This document shows, piece after piece, positions 8,531-18,499 of a DNA stretch of 64,000 bases (position 1 is its first letter; the number at the start of each line of letters is the position of its first letter). The position numbers and the translations under genes were made by a program. Origin of the DNA: Nitrospinaceae bacterium (GTDB lineage: Bacteria > Nitrospinota > Nitrospinia > Nitrospinales > Nitrospinaceae); the NCBI GenBank assembly GCA_965223665.1, contig OZ245011.1, positions 3,488,001 through 3,552,000 on the forward strand. Direction: 5' to 3'. The notes beneath the pieces were generated by a model. That model saw only the letters and a program-made list of their open reading frames with translations. It made no database searches and was not told where the DNA came from.

Positions 8531-9913
8531 ATGGGAAAAGTGGTCAAGAACCTTACAGTTTATATTTGCCAATCTTGTGGACACCAGGCTCCCAAATGGT
8601 TAGGTAAATGTCCTGAATGTTCTGAGTGGAATTCTTTGGTGGAGGAAAAAATTTCCTCGTCCCATTCTTCACCTAAAAACTCTCTTGCCCTCGATTTAAA
8701 GGTTTCTCCGCTTCGACCTCTGAGTGATATTTCTTCAACCGCTCGAGAGAGAATGACCACTGGAATCGATGAATTTGACCGTGCCTTGGGTGGAGGGATT
8801 GTTTCTGGAAGTTTAATTTTGATTGGTGGAGATCCAGGAATCGGGAAATCAACCCTGGTCTTGCAAAGTATGTCTCAGTTAGCAACTAAGGGTGAAACGT
8901 TACTATATGTTTCTGGTGAAGAATCTTTAGAGCAAATAAAAATGCGAGCGGATCGACTAAAAGTTTCTTCTAATAACCTTTTGGTATATTCAGAAATATG
9001 TATTGAAGAGGTTTTAAAGAAAGTGGAGGAAATTAAACCTGATTTATTAGTTCTAGATTCTATTCAAACTTTTTTTACTTCAGAACTTCAATCTGCACCT
9101 GGAAGTATTGGTCAAGTTAGAGAAGTTGCTTTTAAGCTATTTAAAGAATGTAAACAAAGATCAGTTCCCGCAATTATTATTGGTCATATTACCAAAGAGG
9201 GAGCAATTGCAGGGCCTAAATCCTTAGAGCATATGGTCGATTGCGTATTATATTTTGAAGGAGAACGCGGTCATTCATTTCGTATTTTACGAGCCATTAA
9301 AAATCGATTCGGCTCAACCCCTGAAATGGGAGTTTTTGAAATGGGATTAGAGGGCCTAATACCAGTATCCAATCCTTCGGAGATATTTTTAGCCGAACGA
9401 CCAGAGAATTCTACAGGTTCAGTAATTGCAGCTACCTTAGAAGGGAGCCGACCCTTATTGGTTGAAGTACAAGCTTTGGTTACAGCCTCTTCAACTGTCG
9501 GTATGCCAAGGCGAGTTACCTCGAATTTAGATCCGAATCGGATAAATCTATTGGTGGCGATTATGGAAAAACGTTTAGAGCTGAATTTACAAAGAGAGGA
9601 TATTTTTGTTAATTTAGCTGGAGGAATTAAAGTTACCGAACCCGCGATGGATTTAGCTCTGGCTACTGCCATAGCCAGTAGTTTCCAAAATTTACCCGTT
9701 GATTCTAATACCATTATGATTGGCGAAGTGGGTCTTACGGGAGAAGTAAGATCTGTAATGCAATTGGATTCCAGGCTTAAGGAAGCAGCAAAATTGGGTT
9801 TTAAAAGAGCTGTGATTCCTGAATCTGCCAGGAAATCTAAATATTTATCTAACCATTCAATAGAATTAATTTTTGTGAAAAATTTGCAAGAAGCGTTTGA
9901 AGCAGTTCTATAA
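8531..9913 (+). CDS. radA: DNA repair protein RadA/Sms
   Basis: C4 zinc finger, Walker A GDPGIGKST, KNRFG motif, Lon-like C-terminus. ATG at 8531 preceded by GAGG. Confidence 0.96.
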   Translation: MGKVVKNLTVYICQSCGHQAPKWLGKCPECSEWNSLVEEKISSSHSSPKNSLALDLKVSPLRPLSDISSTARERMTTGIDEFDRALGGGIVSGSLILIGGDPGIGKSTLVLQSMSQLATKGETLLYVSGEESLEQIKMRADRLKVSSNNLLVYSEICIEEVLKKVEEIKPDLLVLDSIQTFFTSELQSAPGSIGQVREVAFKLFKECKQRSVPAIIIGHITKEGAIAGPKSLEHMVDCVLYFEGERGHSFRILRAIKNRFGSTPEMGVFEMGLEGLIPVSNPSEIFLAERPENSTGSVIAATLEGSRPLLVEVQALVTASSTVGMPRRVTSNLDPNRINLLVAIMEKRLELNLQREDIFVNLAGGIKVTEPAMDLALATAIASSFQNLPVDSNTIMIGEVGLTGEVRSVMQLDSRLKEAAKLGFKRAVIPESARKSKYLSNHSIELIFVKNLQEAFEAVL

Positions 9914-9933
9914 TCTCAGGTTTAAATTAATTT

Positions 9934-10614
9934 ATGAAAGTATCCGCAATTATTCCTGCAGCTGGTCAAGGACTAAGAATGGGAGGAAGAACTCCCAAAC
10001 AGTTTCTGAATTTAAATGGGAAGCCAATTCTTGATTATACGCTTCAAGCGTTTCAACAATGTGAAATTTTAAATTCGGTCATTCTATCTGTTCCTCAATC
10101 GGAAAAGGAAAATGCAACCAAACAGTGGCTTGGGTCCCCTCCAAAAGTTCACCAGGTGGTAACGGGCGGTGAAAAAAGGCAGGATTCAGTTTTTAATGGT
10201 TTTAAAGCGGTTGAAACTGATACCGATATCGTGGTGATTCACGATGGAGTCCGACCTTTTGTCACATCACAACTGATTGAGGATACTATTCAAGCGGCAA
10301 GGAAATATGGAGCAGCAATAACCGCAATACCAGTGAATGACACTCTTAAAAAAGGAAAAGATGATTTTGTAGAAAATACAGTTTCGCGCGAAGGATTGTG
10401 GCGTGTTCAAACCCCTCAGGCATTTACATATGAACTGCTAAACCAGGCATTTGAGAAAGCTAACCGAGATTCATTCTATGGGACTGATGAAGGAAGCTTA
10501 ATTGAGCATTTAGGAGAACCTGTTAAAATCGTAATGGGTTCTGAATGGAATATTAAAATTACCCGAGTAGACGATTTAGTTCTTGGAGAGCACATTGCTA
10601 AAAAAACTATTTGA
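9934..10614 (+). CDS. ispD: 2-C-methyl-D-erythritol 4-phosphate cytidylyltransferase
   Basis: IIPAAGQGLRM..PKQF, RQDSV, IHDGVRPF, QTPQAF, NIKIT. Confidence 0.95.
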   Translation: MKVSAIIPAAGQGLRMGGRTPKQFLNLNGKPILDYTLQAFQQCEILNSVILSVPQSEKENATKQWLGSPPKVHQVVTGGEKRQDSVFNGFKAVETDTDIVVIHDGVRPFVTSQLIEDTIQAARKYGAAITAIPVNDTLKKGKDDFVENTVSREGLWRVQTPQAFTYELLNQAFEKANRDSFYGTDEGSLIEHLGEPVKIVMGSEWNIKITRVDDLVLGEHIAKKTI

Positions 10615-10642
10615 TAAATAAGTTTTTATAGGAGTTCAAATT

Positions 10643-10888
10643 GTGAAAAGCTTATTAGTTGCAATTGCGGGATTCATAGCATTGATCTATTTGTTGAATC
10701 CAACTGCCGGATTGTTTGAAATTATTCCCGATAATATGCCCTTAATAGGAAACTTAGATGAAGCTACGGCTGTTGCAATTATTTTAGCCGCATTACGTTA
10801 TTTTGGGATCGACTTAACAGATTTTCTACGAAAATTTTTAAAGGATCCTCCAAGTAATAATGATCCTGACAACAATGAGAAATCTTGA
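10643..10888 (+). CDS. Small membrane protein, DUF1232/YkvA-like
   Basis: YLLNP..EIIPDNMPLIGNLDE motif; AGGAG SD. Confidence 0.75.
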   Translation: MKSLLVAIAGFIALIYLLNPTAGLFEIIPDNMPLIGNLDEATAVAIILAALRYFGIDLTDFLRKFLKDPPSNNDPDNNEKS

Positions 10889-11010
10889 TCTCGAAAAATA
10901 TTTTTGCTCCTCTGCCCTTTTAAAAGCATCTAACCTAAGTGTTTAACCTATCTTTATTAAAATTCGTTTTAAAAACTTTATTTTATAAACTTACTGGAAG
11001 GAGAATTCCT

Positions 11011-11448
11011 ATGCTAAAAGTAGGGACAGAAGCTCCTGATTTTTTAGTTAATGATCATAATGGTAACCGTGTCAGTTTAAAAGAACTTCGTGGAAAAAAA
11101 GTAATCTTATGGTTTTACCCAAAAGCAGATACTCCAGGATGTACGCAGGAAGGAAAGGGGTTTCGAGATGAGTTCTCCAAGTTTCAAGAAAAAGATGTAA
11201 AAGTATTTGGAGTTAGCTTGGATAATGAATCTGAAAATAAAGCCTTTGCTGAAAAATTTAATTTTCCTTATCCATTGTTGTGCGATGTAGGCCGTGAAAT
11301 TGCCCTTGCCTACCAGGCCATTCAAAGTAAGGACGATGGATATGCATCTCGAATTACATATGTTGTTGATGAGAATGGAATTATTGCTGAGGCTATAGAC
11401 CAGGTAAATACTCAAACCCACGCAAGAGATTTATGTTCTAAATTTTGA
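11011..11448 (+). CDS. bcp: Peroxiredoxin, BCP/PrxQ family
   Basis: FYPKADTPGCT peroxidatic motif. ATG at 11011 after AGGAG is the likelier start. Confidence 0.88.
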   Translation: MLKVGTEAPDFLVNDHNGNRVSLKELRGKKVILWFYPKADTPGCTQEGKGFRDEFSKFQEKDVKVFGVSLDNESENKAFAEKFNFPYPLLCDVGREIALAYQAIQSKDDGYASRITYVVDENGIIAEAIDQVNTQTHARDLCSKF

Positions 11449-11539
11449 CAAAAGCCAGTTAAAAGTTTTCTGAATGGGTTGACCTGAAATCCCTATCACG
11501 TTATTATTCTTGGCTTTGAATGTTAACTGGGGATAATCG

Positions 11540-12640
11540 ATGGCTTATAAGGATTTTTTAAATTCACTTCATAAATTAAATAAAAACGATAAAAAACTTA
11601 AAAAATCCATTTTAAGTACCCGGGTCAACCAAGTTGATTTTGATAAAATTAAAAATATTGCAGACTTGGTCGATTCTTTTAAAGATGCTTCCATCCAGGC
11701 CCGTAACGTGGGTCAATGTGCCAATATTTTTCAAAGGATGCTTAAGGATCGGGAGCGCCCAACCATCATGCTTGGGTTAGCAGGTCCCCTTATTGCCGCA
11801 GGTCTTCGCAAAGTTATCCGTGACTTAATTCATTACAATATGGTTGATGTGATTGTTTCCACAGGAGCAGTTCTGTATCAGGATTTTTACGCTGCTATGG
11901 GGGCGGGCCATTATTATGGAAGCCCAGATGCCGATGATACCCAACTGCGAGACTTATTGATAAATCGAATTTATGATACCTATGTTGATGAAGAAAAATT
12001 TGCGCAGTTCGATTCTCTTATTGGCCAATTTGCTGACTCTTTAGAACCCAGAAGTTATTCCAGTCGAGAATTTATATCTTTATTGTCTGGAGTTATTGAT
12101 GATAAAAACTCCATTTTAGTTACCGCGAGAAAAAAGGGTGTTCCCATTTTTTGTCCAGCCATTAGTGATTCAAGTATTGGAATCGGATTGACCGAGCATT
12201 ACTACGTGGCAAGAAACGAAGGTCGCCCACCCATAACCATTGACGTTATTCGCGATAATTATGAAATCACTCAAATTGTTTGTAAGTCCAAAAGAACGGC
12301 TGCTTTTTATGTAGCCGGGGGCGTACCCAAAAATTATATTAACGATTCTATTGTAATGAGTTATGTTTTTGGTCGTAGCACGGGTGGGCACAAGTATGCT
12401 ATTCAAATGACGACTGATTCTCCACACTGGGGTGGCCTAAGTGGAAGTACACTGGGCGAAGCACAGTCATGGGGAAAAATTAATAAAAAGGCAAACTTTT
12501 GTATGGCCTTTGTGGAGCCCAGTGTTTCATTACCACTAATTTATGGAGCTGCTTATCAAAGTAAATCCCATAAAAATCGAAAAAGGCTTTCCTTTTCATG
12601 GGAAGGGGATGTTTTGAAGGAACTAAAAATTGTAAATTGA
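11540..12640 (+). CDS. Deoxyhypusine synthase-like protein
   Basis: IVSTGA, INRIYDT, PAISDSSIG, GGVPKN, GGLSGSTLGEAQSWGK (catalytic Lys motif). Confidence 0.9.
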   Translation: MAYKDFLNSLHKLNKNDKKLKKSILSTRVNQVDFDKIKNIADLVDSFKDASIQARNVGQCANIFQRMLKDRERPTIMLGLAGPLIAAGLRKVIRDLIHYNMVDVIVSTGAVLYQDFYAAMGAGHYYGSPDADDTQLRDLLINRIYDTYVDEEKFAQFDSLIGQFADSLEPRSYSSREFISLLSGVIDDKNSILVTARKKGVPIFCPAISDSSIGIGLTEHYYVARNEGRPPITIDVIRDNYEITQIVCKSKRTAAFYVAGGVPKNYINDSIVMSYVFGRSTGGHKYAIQMTTDSPHWGGLSGSTLGEAQSWGKINKKANFCMAFVEPSVSLPLIYGAAYQSKSHKNRKRLSFSWEGDVLKELKIVN

Positions 12641-12643
12641 ATA

Positions 12644-12967
12644 TTAGTTCTTTTCCTCACCATAAGTATTTTTAAATCCCAAAATATAAAATTCTCTAAA
12701 TTCTAAAGGTTCCAGTGCTGAGGGATAAATCATATCTACAAAACGTTTTGTGGCCGGCGAACTTTGGTGCCTAACAACTGCCTCCTCATTTTCAAAAATC
12801 ATGGTGTGTAGAAAACGTGTGGGTCGGCCCATCTCTTGATTAGCCATATAGAACAAAGTAGTAGGTTCGTTAATTCGAATGTATTTTACAAAGTCCACAA
12901 TCACTTGCTTGCATTGTTCTACATTTTCAGGAAGAACTTGGTAATTGGCGGTCATACAAATAGGCAT
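12644..12967 (-). CDS. Antibiotic biosynthesis monooxygenase (ABM)-like dimeric barrel protein
   Basis: ~107 aa; EP.TL.Y…F…F.NEEA…H.SS pattern. Confidence 0.65.
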   Translation of the reverse strand: MPICMTANYQVLPENVEQCKQVIVDFVKYIRINEPTTLFYMANQEMGRPTRFLHTMIFENEEAVVRHQSSPATKRFVDMIYPSALEPLEFREFYILGFKNTYGEEKN

Positions 12968-12984
12968 AAAACATCCTCTCCTTG

Positions 12985-14133
12985 CTATTTAAAATTTTCT
13001 GGATATTCGAAAAAAATTCTTACCTCATCAATATGGTCTAAGTTCAGTAGGGTTTCTTTTAACTGATTAATTACTTTTGCCACCATTTTAGTTTCTTTGG
13101 AGTTCTCTTCTAAAAGAAATACTTCCAGAATGGTATGCCCTTTATGATGATGTGTTCGTAAACGCGTAAGTTTAGATATTCCTGGAAAAGAATCTACAAT
13201 AGGTTTGACCTTAGCTTCCAGTTCTCCGCGATTGTGCCAATATAGAGGTTCAAAGTCAGTGTCATCTTCTGTGTCAACATGGACTAGTACATCTTGTACA
13301 TTGTCGAAACGAGAAATTAAGTTTCTTCTAACCGATTCTGCTATTAAGTGACCCTCTGTAACGGAAGCCTCCTTATCGACTTGAACATGAACGTCCATAA
13401 GAATATCTGCTCCAATTTTTCTGGTTCTCAGGTTATGGGTTCGAATGACCCCTGGGATATTATTAATTTCATTTTCTAACCGTGTCGTATCATCTTCACT
13501 CAGACCCGTATCCATTAGATCGGCTAAACTACGAAAAGCAATATCATATCCAACTTTCAAAATCAGAATGGACACTACAATAGCAGCAATTGGATCCATA
13601 ACTGGATATCCAACCATTGCTCCTAAAATTCCTATTAATGCGGCAATTGAAGATACTGCGTCGGAACGATGATGCCAGGCGTTTGCAACAATGGAAGGGC
13701 TGTTTATTTTTTCACCGATGTTTCTGGTGTAATGGAATAACCCTTCATTGACTAGAATTGAAAAAATAGCAGCTATAAGGGAAAATACATTTGGAGTTTG
13801 ATAAGTTTTTTGTGCGATAGATTCTGAAGCTTCAAAGGCCAACCCCAAACCTGCCAGCATTATTATTGCCCCCACCACCGTAGCCCCTATAGATTCTGCT
13901 CGACCATGGCCATAAGGGTGATTTTCATCGGCAGGTTTTTGGGCGATTTTGTAGCTTATTAGTACCACTAAATCTGTTAACAAATCTGAAAAAGAATGAA
14001 TGCCATCGGCAACCATTGCTGAGCTTTTCCCAAAAATGCCTCCAGCAATTTTGAAAAGAGATAAAATTAGATTAGCAATGGCTCCAATAAAGATTACTTT
14101 TGTACCTTCTTCTGATTGTTTAAATTTTTCCAT
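12985..14133 (-). CDS. Cation diffusion facilitator (FieF-like) with extra C-terminal domain
   Basis: ADGIHSFSD, HPYGHGRAE, WHHRSDA, EGHLIAE, VHVD. Confidence 0.92.
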   Translation of the reverse strand: MEKFKQSEEGTKVIFIGAIANLILSLFKIAGGIFGKSSAMVADGIHSFSDLLTDLVVLISYKIAQKPADENHPYGHGRAESIGATVVGAIIMLAGLGLAFEASESIAQKTYQTPNVFSLIAAIFSILVNEGLFHYTRNIGEKINSPSIVANAWHHRSDAVSSIAALIGILGAMVGYPVMDPIAAIVVSILILKVGYDIAFRSLADLMDTGLSEDDTTRLENEINNIPGVIRTHNLRTRKIGADILMDVHVQVDKEASVTEGHLIAESVRRNLISRFDNVQDVLVHVDTEDDTDFEPLYWHNRGELEAKVKPIVDSFPGISKLTRLRTHHHKGHTILEVFLLEENSKETKMVAKVINQLKETLLNLDHIDEVRIFFEYPENFK

Positions 14134-14163
14134 AAGGTTTAGAGTAGAACTTTATTGGGGAAA

Positions 14164-15252
14164 TTAAATTGAGGATGATTCATTAGTTAAATACTCTACA
14201 ATTTTTACATTGGCCGCGGGAAAAGTAAATTGTTTTAGTTGCTCTGGAGAAACCCATTTCCATTGGTCACATTGAGATGCTTTGATCCTTCCTGGTTTTA
14301 ATTTACATAAAAAAACGTTGAGCGTTACTCGAAATTGAGTGTAACTGTGTTTTATAGTCATTATTTTTTTTTGTATATTAACCTGCACATCTAATTCTTC
14401 TTGAATTTCTCTCTTAAGACAATCTTCCTCGCTTTCCCTATTTTTTCTTTTTCCCCCAGGGAATTCCCAAAGGCCACCCATTAAGCCTTTATGTGGCCGC
14501 TGCTGAATAAATACTTTTCCATTGCGAAAAATGACAGCTGCGCTTACTTCAATTTTTTTGGATTGTTGTTTTGTTTTTTTAGGCGGATATTCGCTTTCAA
14601 TGTTCTGGGTTTTAGCTTGGCATAGTGTAGCCACTGGACATAATAAGCATAGTGGATTCTTTGGGATACAGATTGTTGCACCAAGTTCCATGAGGGATTG
14701 ATTGAAGTCACCTGGGCGCTTTTTTGGAACTAACTTTTCCGCATAGTTCCAAAGTTTATTTTCGGAGGCACCGTTAGCTCCATTTTCCTTTAATGTAAAC
14801 AATCGAGATATTACTCTCTTTACATTTCCATCTAACACGGGATAGGGCATATCAAAAGCTATACTTAATATAGCTCCAGAAGTATATCTTCCGATACCTG
14901 GCAATTTAATAATGTCATCCATAGTATTGGGCACCTTACCGTTATGCTCAATCAAAATAACTTTTGCCGCTTTATGTAAATTTCTTGCTCGAGAGTAATA
15001 TCCCAATCCTTCCCAAAATTTTAACACTCGGTCCTCACGAGCATGTGCAAGCTTTTCTATGGTGGGAAAGGCTATCATCCATCTTCGAAAATAGGGAATA
15101 ACCGTTTTGACTTGAGTTTGTTGTAACATGATTTCTGAGATCCAGATTTTATAGGGATCTTTGGTGTTGCGCCAAGGCATTTCTCTTTTCTGAGCATCAA
15201 ACCATTTGAGCAATTTATTTTGGAGACTGCGCGGAGAGGATTTTTGATTCAT
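14164..15252 (-). CDS. mutY: A/G-specific adenine glycosylase with C-terminal Nudix domain
   Basis: WISEIMLQQTQV, WEGLGYYSRARNL, HhH LPGIGRYT, DGNVKRV, Fe-S motif C-x6-C-x2-C-x5-C. Confidence 0.95.
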   Translation of the reverse strand: MNQKSSPRSLQNKLLKWFDAQKREMPWRNTKDPYKIWISEIMLQQTQVKTVIPYFRRWMIAFPTIEKLAHAREDRVLKFWEGLGYYSRARNLHKAAKVILIEHNGKVPNTMDDIIKLPGIGRYTSGAILSIAFDMPYPVLDGNVKRVISRLFTLKENGANGASENKLWNYAEKLVPKKRPGDFNQSLMELGATICIPKNPLCLLCPVATLCQAKTQNIESEYPPKKTKQQSKKIEVSAAVIFRNGKVFIQQRPHKGLMGGLWEFPGGKRKNRESEEDCLKREIQEELDVQVNIQKKIMTIKHSYTQFRVTLNVFLCKLKPGRIKASQCDQWKWVSPEQLKQFTFPAANVKIVEYLTNESSSI

Positions 15253-15302
15253 ATTAGGAAGGTTAAGGTTGAAAACTTGATTTGCAAGTTAGTTGGCTAT
15301 TT

Positions 15303-15941
15303 TTAAACTCCAATAGCATCCTTTCCCCAAATAGTTTTATGGAGTTGTTGTTGTATTCTAATTGGAAGATTATCTTGCAACACCCATTCAGTTAAATCTT
15401 TCAAATCCAAACGGTCGTACACTGGAGAAAATAATATGTGAGCTTTTTTATGGATTTCAAATTTATATAGGGTGGATTTGCTCCACTCATAATCTTCTCG
15501 GTTGAGTATGACAAATTTTGCTTCATCTTTTGGTTCTAAGAAATTTAAATTAGCCCATAAGTTTTTAGATACTTCTCCGCTTCCTGGACATTTTATATCT
15601 AAAATTTTGATTACTTCCTTAGGCACTTTTTCTAAGCTTAAAGATCCACCCGTTTCCAGCATTACCTCGTAACCCTGTTCAATTAGAGTGGCCATTAAGG
15701 GGTAAACCTCTTCTTGTAATAAGGGTTCACCTCCAGTGATTTCTACCAAAGAAATTCCTAAGGGTTGAATGGCATTAAGGATTTCATCTACTGTAAAATC
15801 TTTCCCTTCATAGAATGCGTATTCGGTATCGCACCAGGTGCAGCGCAGGTTGCATCCGGTCAACCGAATAAAAATGCAGGGTAGACCTACTTTGGACGAT
15901 TCGCCTTGAATACTTTTGAAGATTTCATTGACCATAAGCAT
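15303..15941 (-). CDS. queE: 7-carboxy-7-deazaguanine synthase (radical SAM)
   Basis: EIFKSIQGE, FIRLTGCNLRCTWCDT, ITGGEPL, ETGG, QLHK. Start trimmed to ATG at 15941. Confidence 0.9.
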   Translation of the reverse strand: MLMVNEIFKSIQGESSKVGLPCIFIRLTGCNLRCTWCDTEYAFYEGKDFTVDEILNAIQPLGISLVEITGGEPLLQEEVYPLMATLIEQGYEVMLETGGSLSLEKVPKEVIKILDIKCPGSGEVSKNLWANLNFLEPKDEAKFVILNREDYEWSKSTLYKFEIHKKAHILFSPVYDRLDLKDLTEWVLQDNLPIRIQQQLHKTIWGKDAIGV

Positions 15942-16018
15942 AGGAAGATTGTACACCAAATAACTAACCCAGGTCACCTGAATCTAATGGTAAATATTTG
16001 ATAGACTTTGGGTATAGA

Positions 16019-17446
16019 TCAAATTCCCATACGTTGGGTGAGGATTTTAGTTCCCATACGGGCCTTGGCCGTAAAATCAGACCAAGATTTTAATTGTGTA
16101 ATTTGCTTCATTAAATAAGTGGGGCTTCTATAAAAACGAGAGTGACATTCATTTTGGATTTGGCGAAGCTCTTCTTCTGAAAAGTCTTTATTCCAAAACC
16201 GAATTTTAAAGTCAGGGGATGGATTCTCCGCAAAGTTTTGCCAATAGTCTTCCTTTACGATTCCTTCCTTTAACATTCGAAAATACAACTCAGTTTTAGG
16301 GTAGGGTGTACAAATCGAAAATTGTGCATAATCGGGTTTTAACCTTTTGGCAAAATCAACGGTTGAGAGCATCTCTCTTTTGGTTTCGTAGGGAATTCCA
16401 ATCATCATATAAGCAAAGAAACCGATACCAGCTTGGCGGGTCCATTTACAAGCACGTTCAATTTTTTGTACATTTTGTCCTTTTTCTAAATAATCCAAAT
16501 GCCTTTGTGAGGATGACTCTATGCCAAAATGAATCCTGTAGCATCCAGCTCGTTTGAGGCTGATCAATAATTCCGGATTAATAGTGTCAACTCTTGCTGA
16601 AATTTTAAAATTGATCTTTAGCCCACGTTTAACAATCAAATCGCAAATACTTATCAGGTTTTTTTTGTTGATTGTAATTGTATCATCCACAAAAAATAAG
16701 TCGTCTACCCCCATGTCTATGATTGATTCAATCTCTTGAACAACGTTCTCAGGAGACCGCTCTCGAAATTTAGTTTTCCGTATATCGCAGAAGGTGCAAG
16801 CTGCCGGGCAACCTCTAGTCGCTTGAATGGTAAAAAATTGTTGTCCTTCTCCTATAATATGCTCGTATTTGGAAACATCAACTAAATGGCGGGCAGGTTG
16901 TGGAAGAGAATCCAGGTTTAATAACTCTGTTTCAGCAGGGTTGACTTGGATATGGTTATTCTGTTTAAATCCCAATCCTTTTATTTTACTTAAAGATTCT
17001 GTTTGGCCGCCTTTTTCTAAAGTTTGAACAAGTTTTGTAAAAATAGGTTCCCCTTCACCATATACAACATAATCAATATCCGGCAATTTTAGGGTTTCCT
17101 GAGGATATAAGTTGACATGGGGGCCACCCAAACAAATTTTTACCTTAGGATTTTCTTGTTTAATTACCTTGGCGGAAGCCATGGCATCTAATAAATTAAA
17201 TGTCATTATGCTCATAGCAACCAGATCAGGGTTCAATTCCCTGAATTTTCTTAACAATTCTGTTTGAGATATTTTTTCTGCAGGGCAATCTATGAAAGTG
17301 GGGCGGTCACCAGTAATTTTTTCATAATAAGCGGCTACATACAATAAGCCCAATTTTGGATAGTAGCCTTTTCCTCCCTCCAGGATTTTGGGCACAGAAG
17401 ATTCAATTGATAAAGTCTCAGGTGGAACTAGGAAAAGAATTTTCAT
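16019..17446 (-). CDS. Cobalamin-binding radical SAM protein
   Basis: PKLGLLYVAA, GGPHV, GEGE (B12 domain); RGCPAACTFC; FVDDT, GIES. Start trimmed to MKILFL. Confidence 0.9.
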   Translation of the reverse strand: MKILFLVPPETLSIESSVPKILEGGKGYYPKLGLLYVAAYYEKITGDRPTFIDCPAEKISQTELLRKFRELNPDLVAMSIMTFNLLDAMASAKVIKQENPKVKICLGGPHVNLYPQETLKLPDIDYVVYGEGEPIFTKLVQTLEKGGQTESLSKIKGLGFKQNNHIQVNPAETELLNLDSLPQPARHLVDVSKYEHIIGEGQQFFTIQATRGCPAACTFCDIRKTKFRERSPENVVQEIESIIDMGVDDLFFVDDTITINKKNLISICDLIVKRGLKINFKISARVDTINPELLISLKRAGCYRIHFGIESSSQRHLDYLEKGQNVQKIERACKWTRQAGIGFFAYMMIGIPYETKREMLSTVDFAKRLKPDYAQFSICTPYPKTELYFRMLKEGIVKEDYWQNFAENPSPDFKIRFWNKDFSEEELRQIQNECHSRFYRSPTYLMKQITQLKSWSDFTAKARMGTKILTQRMGI

Positions 17447-17520
17447 AAGATAAGAATTTTTAATTGATAAAAATAGGTTAAAAGTAACCCATTCATCATT
17501 CAACCGGAAAAGAGCAAACT

Positions 17521-18486
17521 ATGAAACCTAAAGTCGCCATAACTAATATTTTCCCGGATATAGCGTTGGAAAAATTAAAAACCCGTTGCGATATTCAATA
17601 CAATGACTCGGGAAAATCGCTAACCACCGAAGAATTAGGGGTTTTGGCTGCATCTTGTCAGGCGCTGGTCACTTATTTATCGGATAAAATTGATCAAAGC
17701 ATTATCCATCAAGCCCGGGATTTAAAAGTAATTTCCAATTATGGTGCGGGTTTTAATAATATTAGTGTTGCAAGTGCAAAAGAAAAACAAATTTGGGTGA
17801 CTAATACGCCAGGCGTACTCCACGAAACCACAGCAGATCTGACATGGGCCATGATTTTGGGGATGGCGCGGCAAATTATCCCAGCAGATCAATACACTCG
17901 TGAAGGAAAATTCACGGGCTGGCAAGCAAAGTTATTTTTGGGTAGTGATGTTTTCGGAAAAACTTTGGGTGTAATTGGTTGTGGAGAAATTGGAACGGCA
18001 GTGGCCCGAAGGGCTTCTGGGTTTAATATGGAAGTCCTTTATCATCAAAGAAACCCCTTGCCCCATGAGAAAGAAAAAGAATTGAACGCAAAATTCGTAT
18101 CATTAGAAGAATTGCTTAATCAATCAGATTATATCACTCTTCATGTCCCTTTAACTGATGAAACCAAATACATGATTGGTGAAAAAGAAATTGATCAAAT
18201 GAAACCATCCGCTTATTTAATACATACGGCCCGGGGAAAAGTTGTGGATGACCAGGCCTTGGTTAATGCATTAAAAACTGGGAAATTAGCAGGAGCTGCT
18301 TTAGATGTTTTTGAAAATGAACCTCTCCTTACGGATGGAATGATTGGATTAAAAAATTTAATGATACTTCCACACATTGGTAGTGCCAGCGTTGAAACTC
18401 GAGATAAAATGGCGTTGTTAGTGGCAGACAATGTATTCGATGCATTAGATGGAAATACACCTCGGTCTTTAGTGCCTTCTTGGTAA
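17521..18486 (+). CDS. D-isomer-specific 2-hydroxyacid dehydrogenase (glyoxylate/hydroxypyruvate reductase-like)
   Basis: VTNTPGVL, GCGEIG, ARG, LDVFENEP, PHIGSA. Confidence 0.92.
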   Translation: MKPKVAITNIFPDIALEKLKTRCDIQYNDSGKSLTTEELGVLAASCQALVTYLSDKIDQSIIHQARDLKVISNYGAGFNNISVASAKEKQIWVTNTPGVLHETTADLTWAMILGMARQIIPADQYTREGKFTGWQAKLFLGSDVFGKTLGVIGCGEIGTAVARRASGFNMEVLYHQRNPLPHEKEKELNAKFVSLEELLNQSDYITLHVPLTDETKYMIGEKEIDQMKPSAYLIHTARGKVVDDQALVNALKTGKLAGAALDVFENEPLLTDGMIGLKNLMILPHIGSASVETRDKMALLVADNVFDALDGNTPRSLVPSW

Positions 18487-18499
18487 TAGGAGTGGATTA

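Noticed and set aside
11128-11145. Possible selenocysteine in the peroxiredoxin active site
   Set aside because: The codon is TGT (Cys) in TPGCT; there is no in-frame TGA.
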